From Betaproteobacteria bacterium (GTDB lineage: Bacteria > Pseudomonadota > Gammaproteobacteria > Burkholderiales > SG8-41), in NCBI GenBank assembly GCA_052389535.1, contig JBQTHU010000126.1, positions 3,243 to 67,242 of the forward strand: 64,000 nucleotides of DNA, given 5' to 3'. Positions within the stretch are counted from its first letter, which is position 1; each line of letters starts with the position of its first letter. The notes beneath the pieces are model-generated. The model searched no databases. It saw only the letters and a list, made by a program, of their open reading frames with translations, and had not been told where the DNA came from. The position numbers and the translations under genes are program-made. This document shows, piece by piece, positions 25,687 to 38,457 of the stretch.

Positions 25687-27573
25687 GTGACTGATAACAT
25701 TGACGTAATAGTGGTGGGTGGCGGCCACGCCGGCACCGAGGCAGCGCTCGCTGCTGCCCGGATGGGGTGCACGACGCTGCTGCTTACACACAGCATCGAG
25801 ACATTGGGGCAGATGTCGTGTAACCCGTCGATAGGCGGGATCGGCAAAGGGCATCTGGTGAAGGAGGTCGATGCGCTCGGAGGCGCCATGGCGAGTGCCG
25901 CTGACGAGGCGGGCATCCAGTTTCGCATTCTGAACGGACGGAAAGGTCCCGCGGTACGCGCCACGCGCGCTCAGGCTGACCGCCTCCTGTATCGCAAGGC
26001 CATACGCACCCGACTCGAAAACCAGCCGAAACTGCTACTCTTCCAGCAAGCGGTTGACGATCTCCTGCTGGAGGGAGAGCGCGTATGTGGCGCGGTTACC
26101 CAGACCGGCGTCCGCTTTCGTGCCCGCGCGGTGGTGTTGACGACAGGGACGTTTCTGTCCGGGTTGATACACGTGGGCCTGCGAAACTATGCGGCCGGAC
26201 GAGCGGGCGACCCGGCGTCTGCAACGCTTGCATCGCGGCTGCGGGAGTTGAGGCTGCCGGTAGGCCGGCTGAAAACCGGCACGCCGCCGCGCATCGATGG
26301 CCGAAGCGTCGACTTTTCAGTGATGAGTGAACAACCGGGAGACGTTCCTACGCCGGTGTTCTCGTTTCTCGGCCGCGCGGCGCAACACCCCACGCAGGTA
26401 TCATGCTGGATTACGCACACCAATCAGACGACGCACGAGATCATACGCCGCGCGCTCGATCGCTCGCCGATGTTTACCGGCGTCATCGAAGGCATAGGAC
26501 CGCGGTACTGCCCGTCGATAGAGGACAAGATCCATCGCTTTGCGGGCAAGAGCGCTCATCAGATATTCCTCGAGCCCGAAGGATTGACCGTCAACGAGTT
26601 TTATCCCAATGGCATATCCACCAGCCTGCCCTACGACGTGCAGGAGACGCTCGTTCGTTCGATACGCGGCCTTGAGCACGCCCACGTTACGCGGCCCGGC
26701 TACGCCATCGAATACGATTACTTCGACCCGCGAGAGCTGCGCAGCTCGCTGGAAACCAAGGCCATCGCGGGACTTTATTTTGCGGGACAGATCAATGGCA
26801 CGACGGGGTACGAGGAAGCCGCCGCGCAGGGGCTGCTCGCGGGCGTGAACGCCGCGCTGGCGGCGCAGGGACGAGAAGCCTGGTCGCCGCGCCGCGATGA
26901 AGCCTATATCGGCGTGCTCGTCGACGATCTCATTACCCGCGGGGTGTCCGAGCCCTACCGGATGTTCACGAGCCGGGCCGAGTACCGTCTCTCGCTGCGC
27001 GAGGATAACGCCGATATGCGACTTACCGAAAAAGGCCGCGCCCTGGGGCTGGTGGACGATGCCCGATGGAGCGCGTTTGCACGCAAGCGCGATGCCGTCG
27101 CGCGAGAACAGGAGCGCCTCAAATCGACCTGGGTGAGCGCGACCGCCGTCGCCGCTCACGCCAGACGCGTCCTTGGCTGTGAGCTCGAACGCGACCACAC
27201 GCTTGCCGAACTGCTGCGACGGCCCGAGGTGAGCTACGCGGCGTTGACGACTTTGCCTGGCGCCGCAGCAGATGTGCCCGTCGAGCCGCAGGTAGCCGAG
27301 CAGGTCGAGATACAGACCAAATATCACGGATATATCGACCGCCAGAAAGAGGAGATCGCGCGCAACCAGCAGCACGAAAGCACACCCTTGCCGCGCGACA
27401 TCGACTATGCGGGCCTGCGCGGGCTTTCGCGCGAAGTCCAGCAGAAGCTCAATCACCATCGTCCGGAGACGGTGGGGCAGGCTTCGCGTATTTCGGGCGT
27501 TACGCCGGCGGCCATTTCGATATTGCTGGTGCATGCGCGGCGCGGATTCGGAGCCTGCAAGAAAAGCGCATGA
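25687..27573 (+). CDS. mnmG: tRNA uridine 5-carboxymethylaminomethyl modification enzyme MnmG (GidA)
   Basis: FAD-binding [14 protein letters not shown], 628 aa, GidA-family sequence throughout. Confidence 0.95.
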   Translation: MTDNIDVIVVGGGHAGTEAALAAARMGCTTLLLTHSIETLGQMSCNPSIGGIGKGHLVKEVDALGGAMASAADEAGIQFRILNGRKGPAVRATRAQADRLLYRKAIRTRLENQPKLLLFQQAVDDLLLEGERVCGAVTQTGVRFRARAVVLTTGTFLSGLIHVGLRNYAAGRAGDPASATLASRLRELRLPVGRLKTGTPPRIDGRSVDFSVMSEQPGDVPTPVFSFLGRAAQHPTQVSCWITHTNQTTHEIIRRALDRSPMFTGVIEGIGPRYCPSIEDKIHRFAGKSAHQIFLEPEGLTVNEFYPNGISTSLPYDVQETLVRSIRGLEHAHVTRPGYAIEYDYFDPRELRSSLETKAIAGLYFAGQINGTTGYEEAAAQGLLAGVNAALAAQGREAWSPRRDEAYIGVLVDDLITRGVSEPYRMFTSRAEYRLSLREDNADMRLTEKGRALGLVDDARWSAFARKRDAVAREQERLKSTWVSATAVAAHARRVLGCELERDHTLAELLRRPEVSYAALTTLPGAAADVPVEPQVAEQVEIQTKYHGYIDRQKEEIARNQQHESTPLPRDIDYAGLRGLSREVQQKLNHHRPETVGQASRISGVTPAAISILLVHARRGFGACKKSA

Positions 27574-28205
27574 ATGCCGGCGAGGTGCTGGCGCGCGGGC
27601 TTGCTGAGCTGCGACTGGACTTGCCGGAGGAGGCGCTCGCGCAGCTGATGCGCTACGTTGCACTGCTGGAGAAGTGGAACAAGGTGTACAACCTCACCGC
27701 CGTGCGGGGAACGGCAGAAATCGTGACGCATCACCTGCTGGACAGCCTGGCGGTGCTGCCCTATATCGATGCGCGCTCAATGGTGGACGTCGGTAGCGGC
27801 GCCGGACTTCCCGGCATCCCGTTCGCATTGGCGCAGCCTCGAACAGAAGTGACGCTACTCGACGCCAGTCAGAAGAGAGCTGCGTTTTTGCGCCAGGCGG
27901 TGATCGAGCTCGGAATCGGTAACGCCGAAGTGGTGTGCGCGCGCGTGGAAGAATGGCGCGCGCCCGCTTTGTTCGAGGCCGTCGTCTCGCGGGCCTTTGC
28001 CGACCTCACGAAGTTCGTGGCGCTTGCGGCGAGGTTGTGCGCACCTCACGGAATCCTGGCGGCGATGAAAGGGGCCTACGCTGAGTCGGAGCTTCGCGAG
28101 CTGCCCGGCGGATTCGCGCTGAAGCGAGCGGTGCCCATCAAGGTGCCCGGGCTCAACGCCGCGCGGCACCTGGTCCTGCTGCAACCGAAAGCTGCGGCGG
28201 CGTGA
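27570..28205 (+). CDS. rsmG: 16S rRNA (guanine527-N7)-methyltransferase
   Basis: 211 aa with the [16 protein letters not shown] motif. Located between mnmG and parA. Confidence 0.9.
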   Translation: MNAGEVLARGLAELRLDLPEEALAQLMRYVALLEKWNKVYNLTAVRGTAEIVTHHLLDSLAVLPYIDARSMVDVGSGAGLPGIPFALAQPRTEVTLLDASQKRAAFLRQAVIELGIGNAEVVCARVEEWRAPALFEAVVSRAFADLTKFVALAARLCAPHGILAAMKGAYAESELRELPGGFALKRAVPIKVPGLNAARHLVLLQPKAAAA

Positions 28206-28975
28206 CCCGGATACTTGCCATAACCAACCAGAAGGGGGGCGTCGGCAAGACGACGACCGGCGTCAATCTCGCGGCGAGCCTGGCTGCGGCACAACAGCGC
28301 GTGCTGCTCGTGGATCTCGACCCGCAGGGCAATGCCACCATGGGCAGCGGGGTCGACAAGCACGCGCTCGCAGCAACCGTCTACCACGTGCTGCTCGGGA
28401 CGCGATCGATGGCGGAGGCGCGCACGCGCTCGGTCACCGGAGAATACGACCTCGTCCCGGCAAACCGGGAGCTCGCCGGGGCCGAAGTCGAGATGGTCGA
28501 CATGGAGCATCGGGAGAACCGCCTCAAGGATGCGCTGGCCGCGGTGGAGAATCAGTATGACTTCGTCCTGATCGACTGTCCTCCGGCGCTCAATCTGCTC
28601 ACCGTGAACGGACTCACCGCGGCGCACGCGGTGATGATTCCGATGCAGTGCGAGTACTACGCCCTCGAGGGATTGAGCGATCTCGTAGCGACGCTAAAGA
28701 AGGTGCGCGGAAGACTGAACCCGGGACTGAAGATCGAGGGATTGCTCCGCACCATGTACGACCCGCGCAATACGCTCGCGCAGCAGGTGTCCGCGCAGCT
28801 CATCGAGCATTTCGGCGACAAGGTGTATCGCACCGTCATTCCGCGCAACGTGCGGTTAGCGGAGGCGCCGAGCTTCGGCGTGCCGGCGCTCAAGTTCGAC
28901 AAGAGTTCCAAGGGGGCGCAGGCGTACCTCGCGCTCGCGGGAGAAATGCTCAACCGGGCTGCGCAGGCGGCATGA
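28202..28975 (+). CDS. parA: chromosome partitioning ATPase ParA
   Basis: Deviant Walker A NQKGGVGKTTT. 257 aa. Confidence 0.95.
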   Translation: MTRILAITNQKGGVGKTTTGVNLAASLAAAQQRVLLVDLDPQGNATMGSGVDKHALAATVYHVLLGTRSMAEARTRSVTGEYDLVPANRELAGAEVEMVDMEHRENRLKDALAAVENQYDFVLIDCPPALNLLTVNGLTAAHAVMIPMQCEYYALEGLSDLVATLKKVRGRLNPGLKIEGLLRTMYDPRNTLAQQVSAQLIEHFGDKVYRTVIPRNVRLAEAPSFGVPALKFDKSSKGAQAYLALAGEMLNRAAQAA

Positions 28976-28982
28976 CGAGGCG

Positions 28983-29843
28983 ATGATCATGGGGAAGACG
29001 AGGGGGTTGGGACGGGGCCTCGACGCCCTGCTGGGCGCCGGCGACGACGAGAGCCCCTCCAAGCAGGAGGAGTTGCGTAACGTTCCGCTCGATCTGCTGC
29101 AATCGGGCAAGTATCAGCCGCGCACGCGCATGGACCAGGAGGCGCTCGGGGAGCTGGCCGCCTCCATTAAAGCGCAGGGGATAATGCAACCTATATTGGT
29201 GCGGCCTGTCCCGGGGGAGCGCTACGAGATCATCGCGGGGGAGCGCCGCTGGCGCGCGGCGCGCATCGCCGGGCTCGCCACCGTGCCGGTTCTCGTGCGT
29301 GATGTGCCTGACCGACAGGCGCTCGCGGTATCGCTGATCGAGAACATCCAGCGCGAGGATCTTAACGCGCTGGAGGAGGCGGCGGGCATTCAGCGGCTCG
29401 TGGACGAGTTCGGGATGACACATGCGGCTGCCGCGGAAGTGCTCGGCCGCTCGCGCTCCGGAATCACGAACCTGCTGCGTTTGCTCGAACTCGCGCCGCC
29501 GGTGCGCGACCTGCTTACTGAAGGCAGGCTGGACATGGGCCACGCGCGCGCGCTGCTGCCGCTCCCCGTGGCACGTCAGATCGAGCTTGCGCGTGAGGCG
29601 GCGGCACGCGGGCTGTCGGTGCGTGATGTGGAACGACGCGCTATAGCTGCGGCGAAGTCTCCCCGCGGCGCGCTGCGACGGCGACCTGACCCGGACGTCG
29701 CCCGCCTGGAAGAAGAGCTTTCAAACCGGCTCGGCACCTCGGTGCAGATCAAGTCGGGCGCCAAACAGGGCGTCGGCAGCCTGATCATCCGATACGGTAG
29801 TCTCGATCAACTCGAGGCGCTGCTCGCGAAGTTGGGTTCATAG
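28983..29843 (+). CDS. parB: chromosome partitioning protein ParB
   Basis: [11 protein letters not shown]-terminus, the ParB box GERRWRAA and an HTH region. Confidence 0.95.
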   Translation: MIMGKTRGLGRGLDALLGAGDDESPSKQEELRNVPLDLLQSGKYQPRTRMDQEALGELAASIKAQGIMQPILVRPVPGERYEIIAGERRWRAARIAGLATVPVLVRDVPDRQALAVSLIENIQREDLNALEEAAGIQRLVDEFGMTHAAAAEVLGRSRSGITNLLRLLELAPPVRDLLTEGRLDMGHARALLPLPVARQIELAREAAARGLSVRDVERRAIAAAKSPRGALRRRPDPDVARLEEELSNRLGTSVQIKSGAKQGVGSLIIRYGSLDQLEALLAKLGS

Positions 29844-29897
29844 CCTCGACCGTGCGGTCGCAGCGCGCGATTCGCACCCAAAACAGCGCCGTTCTTT

Positions 29898-29927
29898 TTG
29901 ACGCTGAGGCGAGCGATTGCGTATAAT
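29898..29927 (+). promoter_or_regulatory. candidate sigma70 promoter of the atp operon (-35 TTGACG, 18-nt spacer, -10 TATAAT)
   Basis: TTGACG at 29898-29903 and the consensus TATAAT at 29922-29927, preceded by a T-rich tract (gttcttttt). Confidence 0.55.
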
Positions 29928-29945
29928 CCCGCAGTTTCGTTTGCG

Positions 29946-30326
29946 GTGAATCGCGTGGCTCTCCTCGACCGAGGCAAGCCCATCCGCACCGTGTTGCGGT
30001 GGCAGTTTTACGCCACCGTCGTATCAGCGTTGATTGCCGCCTACTGGCGCGGCCCTCATGGGGCCGGCTCGGCAGTGTTGGGAGGAACGATCAACATTGT
30101 GGCCGGAGCGGCGTTTGCCTGGCTGGCACTGAGGGGCGAGAGCAGGACGGCGGGAATGGCGCTGTACGCGCTTTTCAGGGCCGAGGCGGGCAAGGTGGTC
30201 CTGATCGTCGCGCAGCTTTGGCTGGTGCTGGTGCTCTATGAGCAGGTTGTGCCGGGCGCTTTTTTTGGAACGTTCTTCCTGACGGTAATTTTGTCCACCA
30301 TCGGTTTGATACTCCGCGACCGCTAG
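29946..30326 (+). CDS. atpI: ATP synthase protein I (start uncertain)
   Basis: Small hydrophobic protein directly upstream of atpB. The maximal ORF starts at the TTG of the putative -35 element, so I chose the first in-frame GTG downstream of the promoter. Confidence 0.6.
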   Translation: MNRVALLDRGKPIRTVLRWQFYATVVSALIAAYWRGPHGAGSAVLGGTINIVAGAAFAWLALRGESRTAGMALYALFRAEAGKVVLIVAQLWLVLVLYEQVVPGAFFGTFFLTVILSTIGLILRDR

Positions 30327-30345
30327 GTTCCGTTTCGCACTGCTT

Positions 30346-31158
30346 ATGGCCGCCCAGGAACTCACACCCGGAAAATACATTTCGCACCACCTGACATTCA
30401 ACAGTCAGGCGGTCGGAGACGGGGCATTCTGGACGATACACGTCGATACCGTGCTCACCGCGGTCGTGCTCGGAGTGCTATCGCTCGGGCTGTTGTGGTG
30501 GGTGGCGCGCGGTGCGACGGCTGGCGTCCCCAACCGCCGCCAGGCCTTCGTCGAACTGGCGGTTGATTTTGTGGACGAGCAGGTCAAGAGCATTTTCGTG
30601 CATGGCGACCGCCACCGCTTCATCGCCCCGATGGCACTTACGGTGTTCGTATGGGTGCTGCTCATGAACGCGATGGATTTCCTGCCCATAGACTGGGTCT
30701 CCACGGTACTTTTCGATCGCATACTGCACGTGCATTTCTGGCGGCCGGTCCCCACGGCGGACGTGAACACCACCTTCGCGCTCGCGTTGTCGGTCTGGCT
30801 GCTCATGATTTTTTTCAGCGTCAAGGTAAAGGGTCTGGGCGGCTGGATACATGAGCTGTTCTGCGCGCCTTTCGGCAGCAATCCCGTGCTGTGGCCGGCG
30901 AACCTCATGTTCAACGCGGTCGAATATGTATCCAAGCCGCTGTCCCACTCGCTGCGGTTGTTCGGCAACATGTACGCGGGCGAGATCATCTTCCTGCTGC
31001 TGTGGCTCTGGGCCGCAGCGAGTCTCGCAGGCACCATCTTCGCCACCGTGCTGGGGCTGGGGTGGGCGATCTTCCATATCCTGATCGTCGTCCTGCAAGC
31101 CTATATTTTCATGATGTTGACGGTGGTGTACGTGTCGATGGCGCACGAGACGCACTGA
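30346..31158 (+). CDS. atpB: F0F1 ATP synthase subunit a
   Basis: 270 aa polytopic membrane protein with the conserved [13 protein letters not shown] motif. Confidence 0.95.
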   Translation: MAAQELTPGKYISHHLTFNSQAVGDGAFWTIHVDTVLTAVVLGVLSLGLLWWVARGATAGVPNRRQAFVELAVDFVDEQVKSIFVHGDRHRFIAPMALTVFVWVLLMNAMDFLPIDWVSTVLFDRILHVHFWRPVPTADVNTTFALALSVWLLMIFFSVKVKGLGGWIHELFCAPFGSNPVLWPANLMFNAVEYVSKPLSHSLRLFGNMYAGEIIFLLLWLWAAASLAGTIFATVLGLGWAIFHILIVVLQAYIFMMLTVVYVSMAHETH

Positions 31159-31482
<324 letters not shown>

Positions 31483-31516
31483 GCGGGCGGCCTCACACCA
31501 CCGACGGGGAGCGGCC

Positions 31517-31987
31517 ATGAACATCAACTTGTCGCTGTTCGCGCAGGCGCTGACGTTCGCCCTGTTCATCTGGTTCACGGTCAAGTTCATCTGGCCGCCG
31601 CTGCTGCGGGCCATCGAGCAGAGGCAGAAACAGATCGCCGAGGGGCTGGCTGCGGCGGAGCGCGGCAAGCAGGACCTGGAGCAGGCCTCCCGGCGCACCG
31701 CCGAGCTGCTCCACGAGGCGCGACAGCAGGCGCAGGACATCCTCGCCCAGGCCGATAAGCGCGCAGCGGAGATGGTCGAAGAGGCGAAGAACGCGGCGAA
31801 AGCCGAAGGCGACCGCCTGGTAGCGGGCGCCAAGGCGGAGATCGAGCAGGAGGTATCGCGCGCCAAGGAAATGCTGCGCACGCAGGTTGCGGCGCTCGCG
31901 GTAGCCGGCGCGGAGCAGATTCTCATGCGTGAAGTGGACGCCAAGGCGCACGCTGAACTGCTGCGCAGCGTCGAAGGCCAGCTCTAG
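31517..31987 (+). CDS. atpF: F0F1 ATP synthase subunit b
   Basis: 156 aa. N-terminal transmembrane segment followed by a long charged helix. Operon position fits. Confidence 0.9.
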   Translation: MNINLSLFAQALTFALFIWFTVKFIWPPLLRAIEQRQKQIAEGLAAAERGKQDLEQASRRTAELLHEARQQAQDILAQADKRAAEMVEEAKNAAKAEGDRLVAGAKAEIEQEVSRAKEMLRTQVAALAVAGAEQILMREVDAKAHAELLRSVEGQL

Positions 31988-32524
31988 ATGGCCGAGCCTC
32001 TCACCATCGCGCGGCCTTATGCGGAAGCTGTGTTCAAGCTGGCGCGCGACAAGGAAGATCTGCCGGGATGGTCGCGCAACCTTGAGATGCTCGAAGCGGT
32101 GATCAGTAACCCGCAGATTCAGGTCTTTATCGGCGACCCCAATGTGAGCGCGCAGCAACTTGAGTCGCTGATTCTGGGCATCGCAGGCGACGCCGTTGAT
32201 GGCGCGACCCGCAATTTCGTGCAGGTGTTGATCAGCAACGACCGCCTCACGCTGTTGCCGGAGATCCGGGCCCTTTATGAGGATCTGCGACGTGAGCACG
32301 AAGGTATACTGGAAGCAAAGATCATCTCGGCGCTGCCGATCGACGACAGCCAGCGCGCAGAACTCGTGGTGCGGCTCGAAGCAAAGTACCAGCGTAAAGT
32401 GAGCGCCGCGGTCGAGATCGATCCGCGATTGATCGGCGGGGTCCGGATCGTGATCGGCGACAAAGTGATCGACGCCACGGTGCGCGGCAAGCTCGATGCG
32501 ATGGCGGCCGCGCTTACCCATTAG
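31988..32524 (+). CDS. atpH: F0F1 ATP synthase subunit delta
   Basis: 178 aa OSCP-like protein (ARPYAEAVF N-terminus). Operon position fits. Confidence 0.9.
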   Translation: MAEPLTIARPYAEAVFKLARDKEDLPGWSRNLEMLEAVISNPQIQVFIGDPNVSAQQLESLILGIAGDAVDGATRNFVQVLISNDRLTLLPEIRALYEDLRREHEGILEAKIISALPIDDSQRAELVVRLEAKYQRKVSAAVEIDPRLIGGVRIVIGDKVIDATVRGKLDAMAAALTH

Positions 32525-32533
32525 GAGTCAACC

Positions 32534-34075
32534 ATGCAGCTCAATCCTTCCGAAATCAGCGAACTCATCAAGAGCCGGATCCAGAATCTGGCGTCCACCG
32601 TCGAGGCGCGCACGCAGGGCACGGTGGTCTCGGTGACCGATGGTATCTGCCGCATCCATGGCCTGGCGGACGTGATGCAGGGCGAAATGCTGGAGTTTCC
32701 CCGCAACACTTTTGGCCTCGCGCTCAATCTCGAGCGCGATTCGGTCGGTTCGGTGGTGCTCGGCGAGTACGAGCACATCACGGAAGGAGACACCGTAAAG
32801 ACGACCGGCCGGATTCTCGAGGTGCCGGTGGGGACCGAGTTGATCGGGCGGGTAGTCAATGCCCTCGGTCAGCCCATCGACGGCAAAGGCCCGATCAACG
32901 CCAGGATGACCGACGTGATCGAGAAAGTCGCGCCGGGCGTCATCGCGCGCCAATCGGTGTCGCAGCCGGTGCAAACCGGGGTGAAGGCGATCGACGCGAT
33001 GGTGCCCATTGGCCGGGGACAGCGCGAACTGATCATCGGCGACCGCCAGACCGGCAAGACGGCGGTTGCGGTGGACACCATCATCAACCAGAAAGGCAAG
33101 GACCTCATCTGCATCTACGTGGCGGTGGGGCAAAAGGCGTCCTCGATCAAGAACGTGCTGCGCAAACTGGAAGAGTACGGCGCGATGGACTACACCATCG
33201 TCGTGGCCGCCTCGGCCTCCGAATCAGCGGCCATGCAATACATCGCGCCGTATTCGGGGTGCACCATGGGCGAGTATTTCCGCGACCGCGGTCAGGACGC
33301 GCTCATCATCTACGACGATCTTACGAAACAGGCGTGGGCGTATCGCCAGGTGTCTTTGCTGTTGCGCCGCCCGCCGGGGCGAGAGGCATATCCCGGCGAC
33401 GTGTTCTATCTCCACTCCCGGCTGCTCGAGCGCGGGGCGCGCGTAAACGCCGATTACGTTGAAAAATTCACCAAGGGTGAAGTGAAGGGCAAGACCGGGT
33501 CGCTCACGGCGCTGCCCATCATCGAGACGCAGGCGGGCGACGTTACGGCGTTCGTGCCGACGAACGTCATTTCGATCACCGACGGGCAGATTTTCCTTGA
33601 GACGGATCTTTTCAACGCCGGCATCCGGCCCGCGATCAATGCCGGAATCTCCGTGTCTCGCGTCGGCGGTGCCGCGCAGACGAAAGTGATCAAGAAGCTG
33701 GGCGGCGGCGTGCGTCTTGCACTGGCGCAGTATCGCGAACTGGCGGCCTTCGCGCAGTTTGCTTCGGACCTCGACGAGGCGACCCGCAAGCAGCTAGAAC
33801 GCGGCCGCATGGTCACCGAGCTCATGAAGCAGCCGCAGTATGAGCCGCTGCAGGTATGGGAGATGGCGCTCACCTTGTTTGCCGTAAACAACGGCTATTT
33901 CGATGACGTGGATGTCAGGAAGGCGCTGGTCGCCGAACGCTCGCTGCGCGACTACATCAAGGGCAAGTATGGCGCGCTGGTGAAGCGCATCGAGGATACC
34001 AAGGACCTTTCGAAGGAGGATGAAGAGCAGTTGCACCAGGCGGTCAAGGACTGGAAGAGCAACGGTATTTTCTGA
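32534..34075 (+). CDS. atpA: F0F1 ATP synthase subunit alpha
   Basis: 513 aa with the GDRQTGKT P-loop. Confidence 0.97.
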   Translation: MQLNPSEISELIKSRIQNLASTVEARTQGTVVSVTDGICRIHGLADVMQGEMLEFPRNTFGLALNLERDSVGSVVLGEYEHITEGDTVKTTGRILEVPVGTELIGRVVNALGQPIDGKGPINARMTDVIEKVAPGVIARQSVSQPVQTGVKAIDAMVPIGRGQRELIIGDRQTGKTAVAVDTIINQKGKDLICIYVAVGQKASSIKNVLRKLEEYGAMDYTIVVAASASESAAMQYIAPYSGCTMGEYFRDRGQDALIIYDDLTKQAWAYRQVSLLLRRPPGREAYPGDVFYLHSRLLERGARVNADYVEKFTKGEVKGKTGSLTALPIIETQAGDVTAFVPTNVISITDGQIFLETDLFNAGIRPAINAGISVSRVGGAAQTKVIKKLGGGVRLALAQYRELAAFAQFASDLDEATRKQLERGRMVTELMKQPQYEPLQVWEMALTLFAVNNGYFDDVDVRKALVAERSLRDYIKGKYGALVKRIEDTKDLSKEDEEQLHQAVKDWKSNGIF

Positions 34076-34105
34076 TCGCGCGAACCTAAGTAGGCACTCA
34101 CAACA

Positions 34106-34969
34106 ATGCCGGGATCCAAGGAAATCCGCAACAAGATCAAGAGCGTGCAGAACACGCGCAAGATCACCAAGGCAATGGAAATGGTGGCGGCCTCGAAGAT
34201 GCGCCGCGCCCAGGAGCGCATGCGCCATGCGCGGCCTTATGCCGAGAAAATCCGTAATGTCGCCGCGCACATCAGCCACGCCAATCCGGAGTACCGCCAT
34301 CCATTCCTGATCGAGCGGGACACCGTCAAACGCGTCGGCATTATCGTGGTGGCGACCGACAAGGGACTTTGCGGCGGGCTCAACACCAACGTGCTGCGGC
34401 TTGCGCTCGGCGCGATGAAAGAGTGGGAAGCTGAAGGCGAAGGCATAGAAGTCTGCGCGATCGGCAACAAGGGGCTCGGCTTCATGCAGCGCCTCAACGC
34501 GAACGTCGTTTCGCACGTCACCGGGCTGGGCGACCGTCCCCACATGGAGAAGCTCATCGGCGCGGTGAAGGTCATGCTCGACGGTTATAGCGAGGACCGT
34601 TTCGACCGCCTGATAATCTTCTATACGCGCTTCATCAACACTATGAAGCAGGAGCCGGTGATGGAGCAGCTGTTGCCGCTCTCCGGCGAGCGGCTGGGCG
34701 TGCCCGAAGGCTCATGGGACTACATCTACGAGCCCGAGGCGAGAGCGGTGCTCGACCAGGTGATTACCCGCTACACCGAAGGCCTGATCTACCAGGCCGT
34801 GGCCGAGAACATGGCCTCCGAACAATCGGCGCGGATGGTGGCCATGAAGGCGGCTTCCGACAACGCCGGAACTGTGATCGACGAGTTGACGCTTGTCTAT
34901 AACAAGACGCGGCAGGCCTCGATCACCAAGGAGCTGTCCGAAATTGTAGGCGGCGCCGCAGCCGTATGA
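34106..34969 (+). CDS. atpG: F0F1 ATP synthase subunit gamma
   Basis: 287 aa. The N-terminus [21 protein letters not shown] and the C-terminus [14 protein letters not shown] are typical. Confidence 0.95.
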   Translation: MPGSKEIRNKIKSVQNTRKITKAMEMVAASKMRRAQERMRHARPYAEKIRNVAAHISHANPEYRHPFLIERDTVKRVGIIVVATDKGLCGGLNTNVLRLALGAMKEWEAEGEGIEVCAIGNKGLGFMQRLNANVVSHVTGLGDRPHMEKLIGAVKVMLDGYSEDRFDRLIIFYTRFINTMKQEPVMEQLLPLSGERLGVPEGSWDYIYEPEARAVLDQVITRYTEGLIYQAVAENMASEQSARMVAMKAASDNAGTVIDELTLVYNKTRQASITKELSEIVGGAAAV

Positions 34970-34981
34970 CATCACGTATAG

Positions 34982-36376
<1,395 letters not shown>

Positions 36377-36407
36377 ACCGGCGAGCGAGCCCGCGCATCC
36401 GCATTCC

Positions 36408-36830
36408 ATGGCCAATACGCTACACATCGATGTCGTCAGTGCCGAAGAGTCGATCTACTCCGGCGAGGCGGAATTCGTGGTGCTTCCCGGGGAGGCTGGA
36501 GAACTGGGCATCTACCCGCGCCACACGCCGCTCATCACCCGCATACGACCCGGCGAAGTGCGCATCAAGCCTGCCGGCGGCGCCGAAGAAGAGCTGATCT
36601 TCGTGGCCGGCGGCATTCTCGAAGTGCAACCGAAGGTCGTTACCGTGCTCGCTGACACGGCGATCCGCGGCCGCGACCTGGATGAAGCCAAGGCGCTCGA
36701 AGCCAAAAAGCAGGCGGAGGAGGCCATGCAAAATCGAAGCTCCAAGCTCGAGGTTGCCAAGGCGCAGGCGGAACTCGCCGCTGCGGTTGCCCAACTCGCA
36801 GCCATACAGAAACTGCGCAAGAAGCGTTAG
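36408..36830 (+). CDS. atpC: F0F1 ATP synthase subunit epsilon
   Basis: 140 aa. Last gene of the operon, with a typical beta-sandwich plus helical hairpin sequence. Confidence 0.9.
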   Translation: MANTLHIDVVSAEESIYSGEAEFVVLPGEAGELGIYPRHTPLITRIRPGEVRIKPAGGAEEELIFVAGGILEVQPKVVTVLADTAIRGRDLDEAKALEAKKQAEEAMQNRSSKLEVAKAQAELAAAVAQLAAIQKLRKKR

Positions 36831-36939
36831 ATCATTGCCGGGGCCGGCACACCGTGGCAGGCGTCGATCTCCAGGCCTGGGCGAGGGAACGATCCTCGAG
36901 CGAGTTGGCGCATAGTCCGGGCGTCAATGTCAGTCTTCG

Positions 36940-38451
36940 ATGCACCCGCCGCCTGACCGTGTAGACCTGTTGGTCGTCGGCGGCGGCATCAATGGCGCCG
37001 GAATCGCGCGCGATGCCGCGGGTCGCGGGCTCACGGTACTGCTCGTGGAGCAGCACGACCTGGGCGGCGCAACGAGCTCGGCAAGCAGCAAGCTGGTGCA
37101 CGGCGGCTTGCGTTACCTGGAGAACTACCAGTTCCGCCTGGTTGCCGAAGCGCTTGCCGAGCGCGAAGTGCTGCTGCGGACTGCGCCACACATCGTGCAT
37201 ACAAAGCAGTTTGTCATGCCGCACGTCCCTGCGTTGCGCCCGGCCTGGATGATACGGGCCGGATTGCTGCTTTATGACTACCTCGCTCGACGGCAAACGC
37301 TACCGCGCTCACGTGCGATAGAACTGAACGGAAACGCTTTAGGCGAAGCGCTCAAGCGCGGCCCGACCAGAGGCTTTGTATACGCGGATTGCTGGGTCGA
37401 CGATGCGCGACTCGTCGTGCTCACTGCGCGGGCCGCAGCGGATCTCGGGGCCGTTGTCCTTCCGAGGACAGCGTGCACCGCGGCTCGACGCGACGGGTCG
37501 GCGTGGCGCGTCAAACTGCGCGAATCGGCAGGGCGTGAGATTGAACTGACCGCGCGCGTTTTGGTGAACGCCACGGGCCCCTGGGCCAGGCGATTTCTAG
37601 AGAACACGCTTGGCATTGTGACACCCTTCAACCTCAAGCTGGTCCAGGGCAGCCACATCGTCGTGCCGCGCCTGTACACGGGCGACCACGCCTACATACT
37701 GCAGAACGACGACCGCCGCGTGATTTTCGTTTATGCCTATGAAGACCGCTACACTCTGATAGGTACCACCGAAGTTCCGGCACGCGCGCCCGAAGCCTGC
37801 ACGGCCAGCGAGGAAGAGATCGCTTACCTGGTTCGGGCGGCGAATCGCTATTTCCAGCGTCAGCTCACCGTGGACGACGTCGCATGGAGCTACTGCGGGG
37901 TCCGGCCCTTGTTCGACGATGGCTCGGCCAATCCGTCGGCGATATCGCGCGACTACGTGCTCCGCGTCGACGCGGACGCGGGCGCCACGCCGGTTCTTTC
38001 GGTCTTTGGCGGAAAGATTACGACTTACCGGCGGCTTGCCGAGCAGGTCATGGACCGGCTCGCGCCATGGTTCGACAGTTTGCGTCCGTCACGGACCGCC
38101 GCGAGCCCGCTGCCAGGCGGGGACTTTTCCGGAAGCGTGGATTCGTTGATCGAGCAGCTTGGCCGGCGCTATTCGAAGCTGCCGCGCAATCTTTTGCGCG
38201 CGTTTGCGAGACGGCACGGTACGCTGGCAAGCCGGGTGCTCGATGGCGCGCAGTTACCGGCGCAATTGGGCGAGCATTTCGGCGCGGATCTTTATGAGCG
38301 CGAAGTCGAGTATTTCGTGCAGGAAGAATGGGCCCGGTCTGTCGAAGACGTGCTCTGGCGGCGTACCAAAGCGGGGCTGCACCTTTCCGCAATCCAGCAG
38401 CAGGCGGTAGCGAATTTCGTCGCGCGGCGCGCCGGGATCGCTGTGCGATAA
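36940..38451 (+). CDS. glpD: FAD-dependent glycerol-3-phosphate dehydrogenase
   Basis: DLLVVGGGINGAGIARDAAGRG dinucleotide fold and the SSKLVHGGLRYLE motif. 503 aa. Confidence 0.85.
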   Translation: MHPPPDRVDLLVVGGGINGAGIARDAAGRGLTVLLVEQHDLGGATSSASSKLVHGGLRYLENYQFRLVAEALAEREVLLRTAPHIVHTKQFVMPHVPALRPAWMIRAGLLLYDYLARRQTLPRSRAIELNGNALGEALKRGPTRGFVYADCWVDDARLVVLTARAAADLGAVVLPRTACTAARRDGSAWRVKLRESAGREIELTARVLVNATGPWARRFLENTLGIVTPFNLKLVQGSHIVVPRLYTGDHAYILQNDDRRVIFVYAYEDRYTLIGTTEVPARAPEACTASEEEIAYLVRAANRYFQRQLTVDDVAWSYCGVRPLFDDGSANPSAISRDYVLRVDADAGATPVLSVFGGKITTYRRLAEQVMDRLAPWFDSLRPSRTAASPLPGGDFSGSVDSLIEQLGRRYSKLPRNLLRAFARRHGTLASRVLDGAQLPAQLGEHFGADLYEREVEYFVQEEWARSVEDVLWRRTKAGLHLSAIQQQAVANFVARRAGIAVR

Positions 38452-38457
38452 TCCATC

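Noticed and set aside
36836-36849. The hairpin TGCCGGGGCCGGCA after atpC as the atp operon terminator.
   Set aside because: The loop would be only 2-4 nt and no T tract follows. This is not convincing as an intrinsic terminator.
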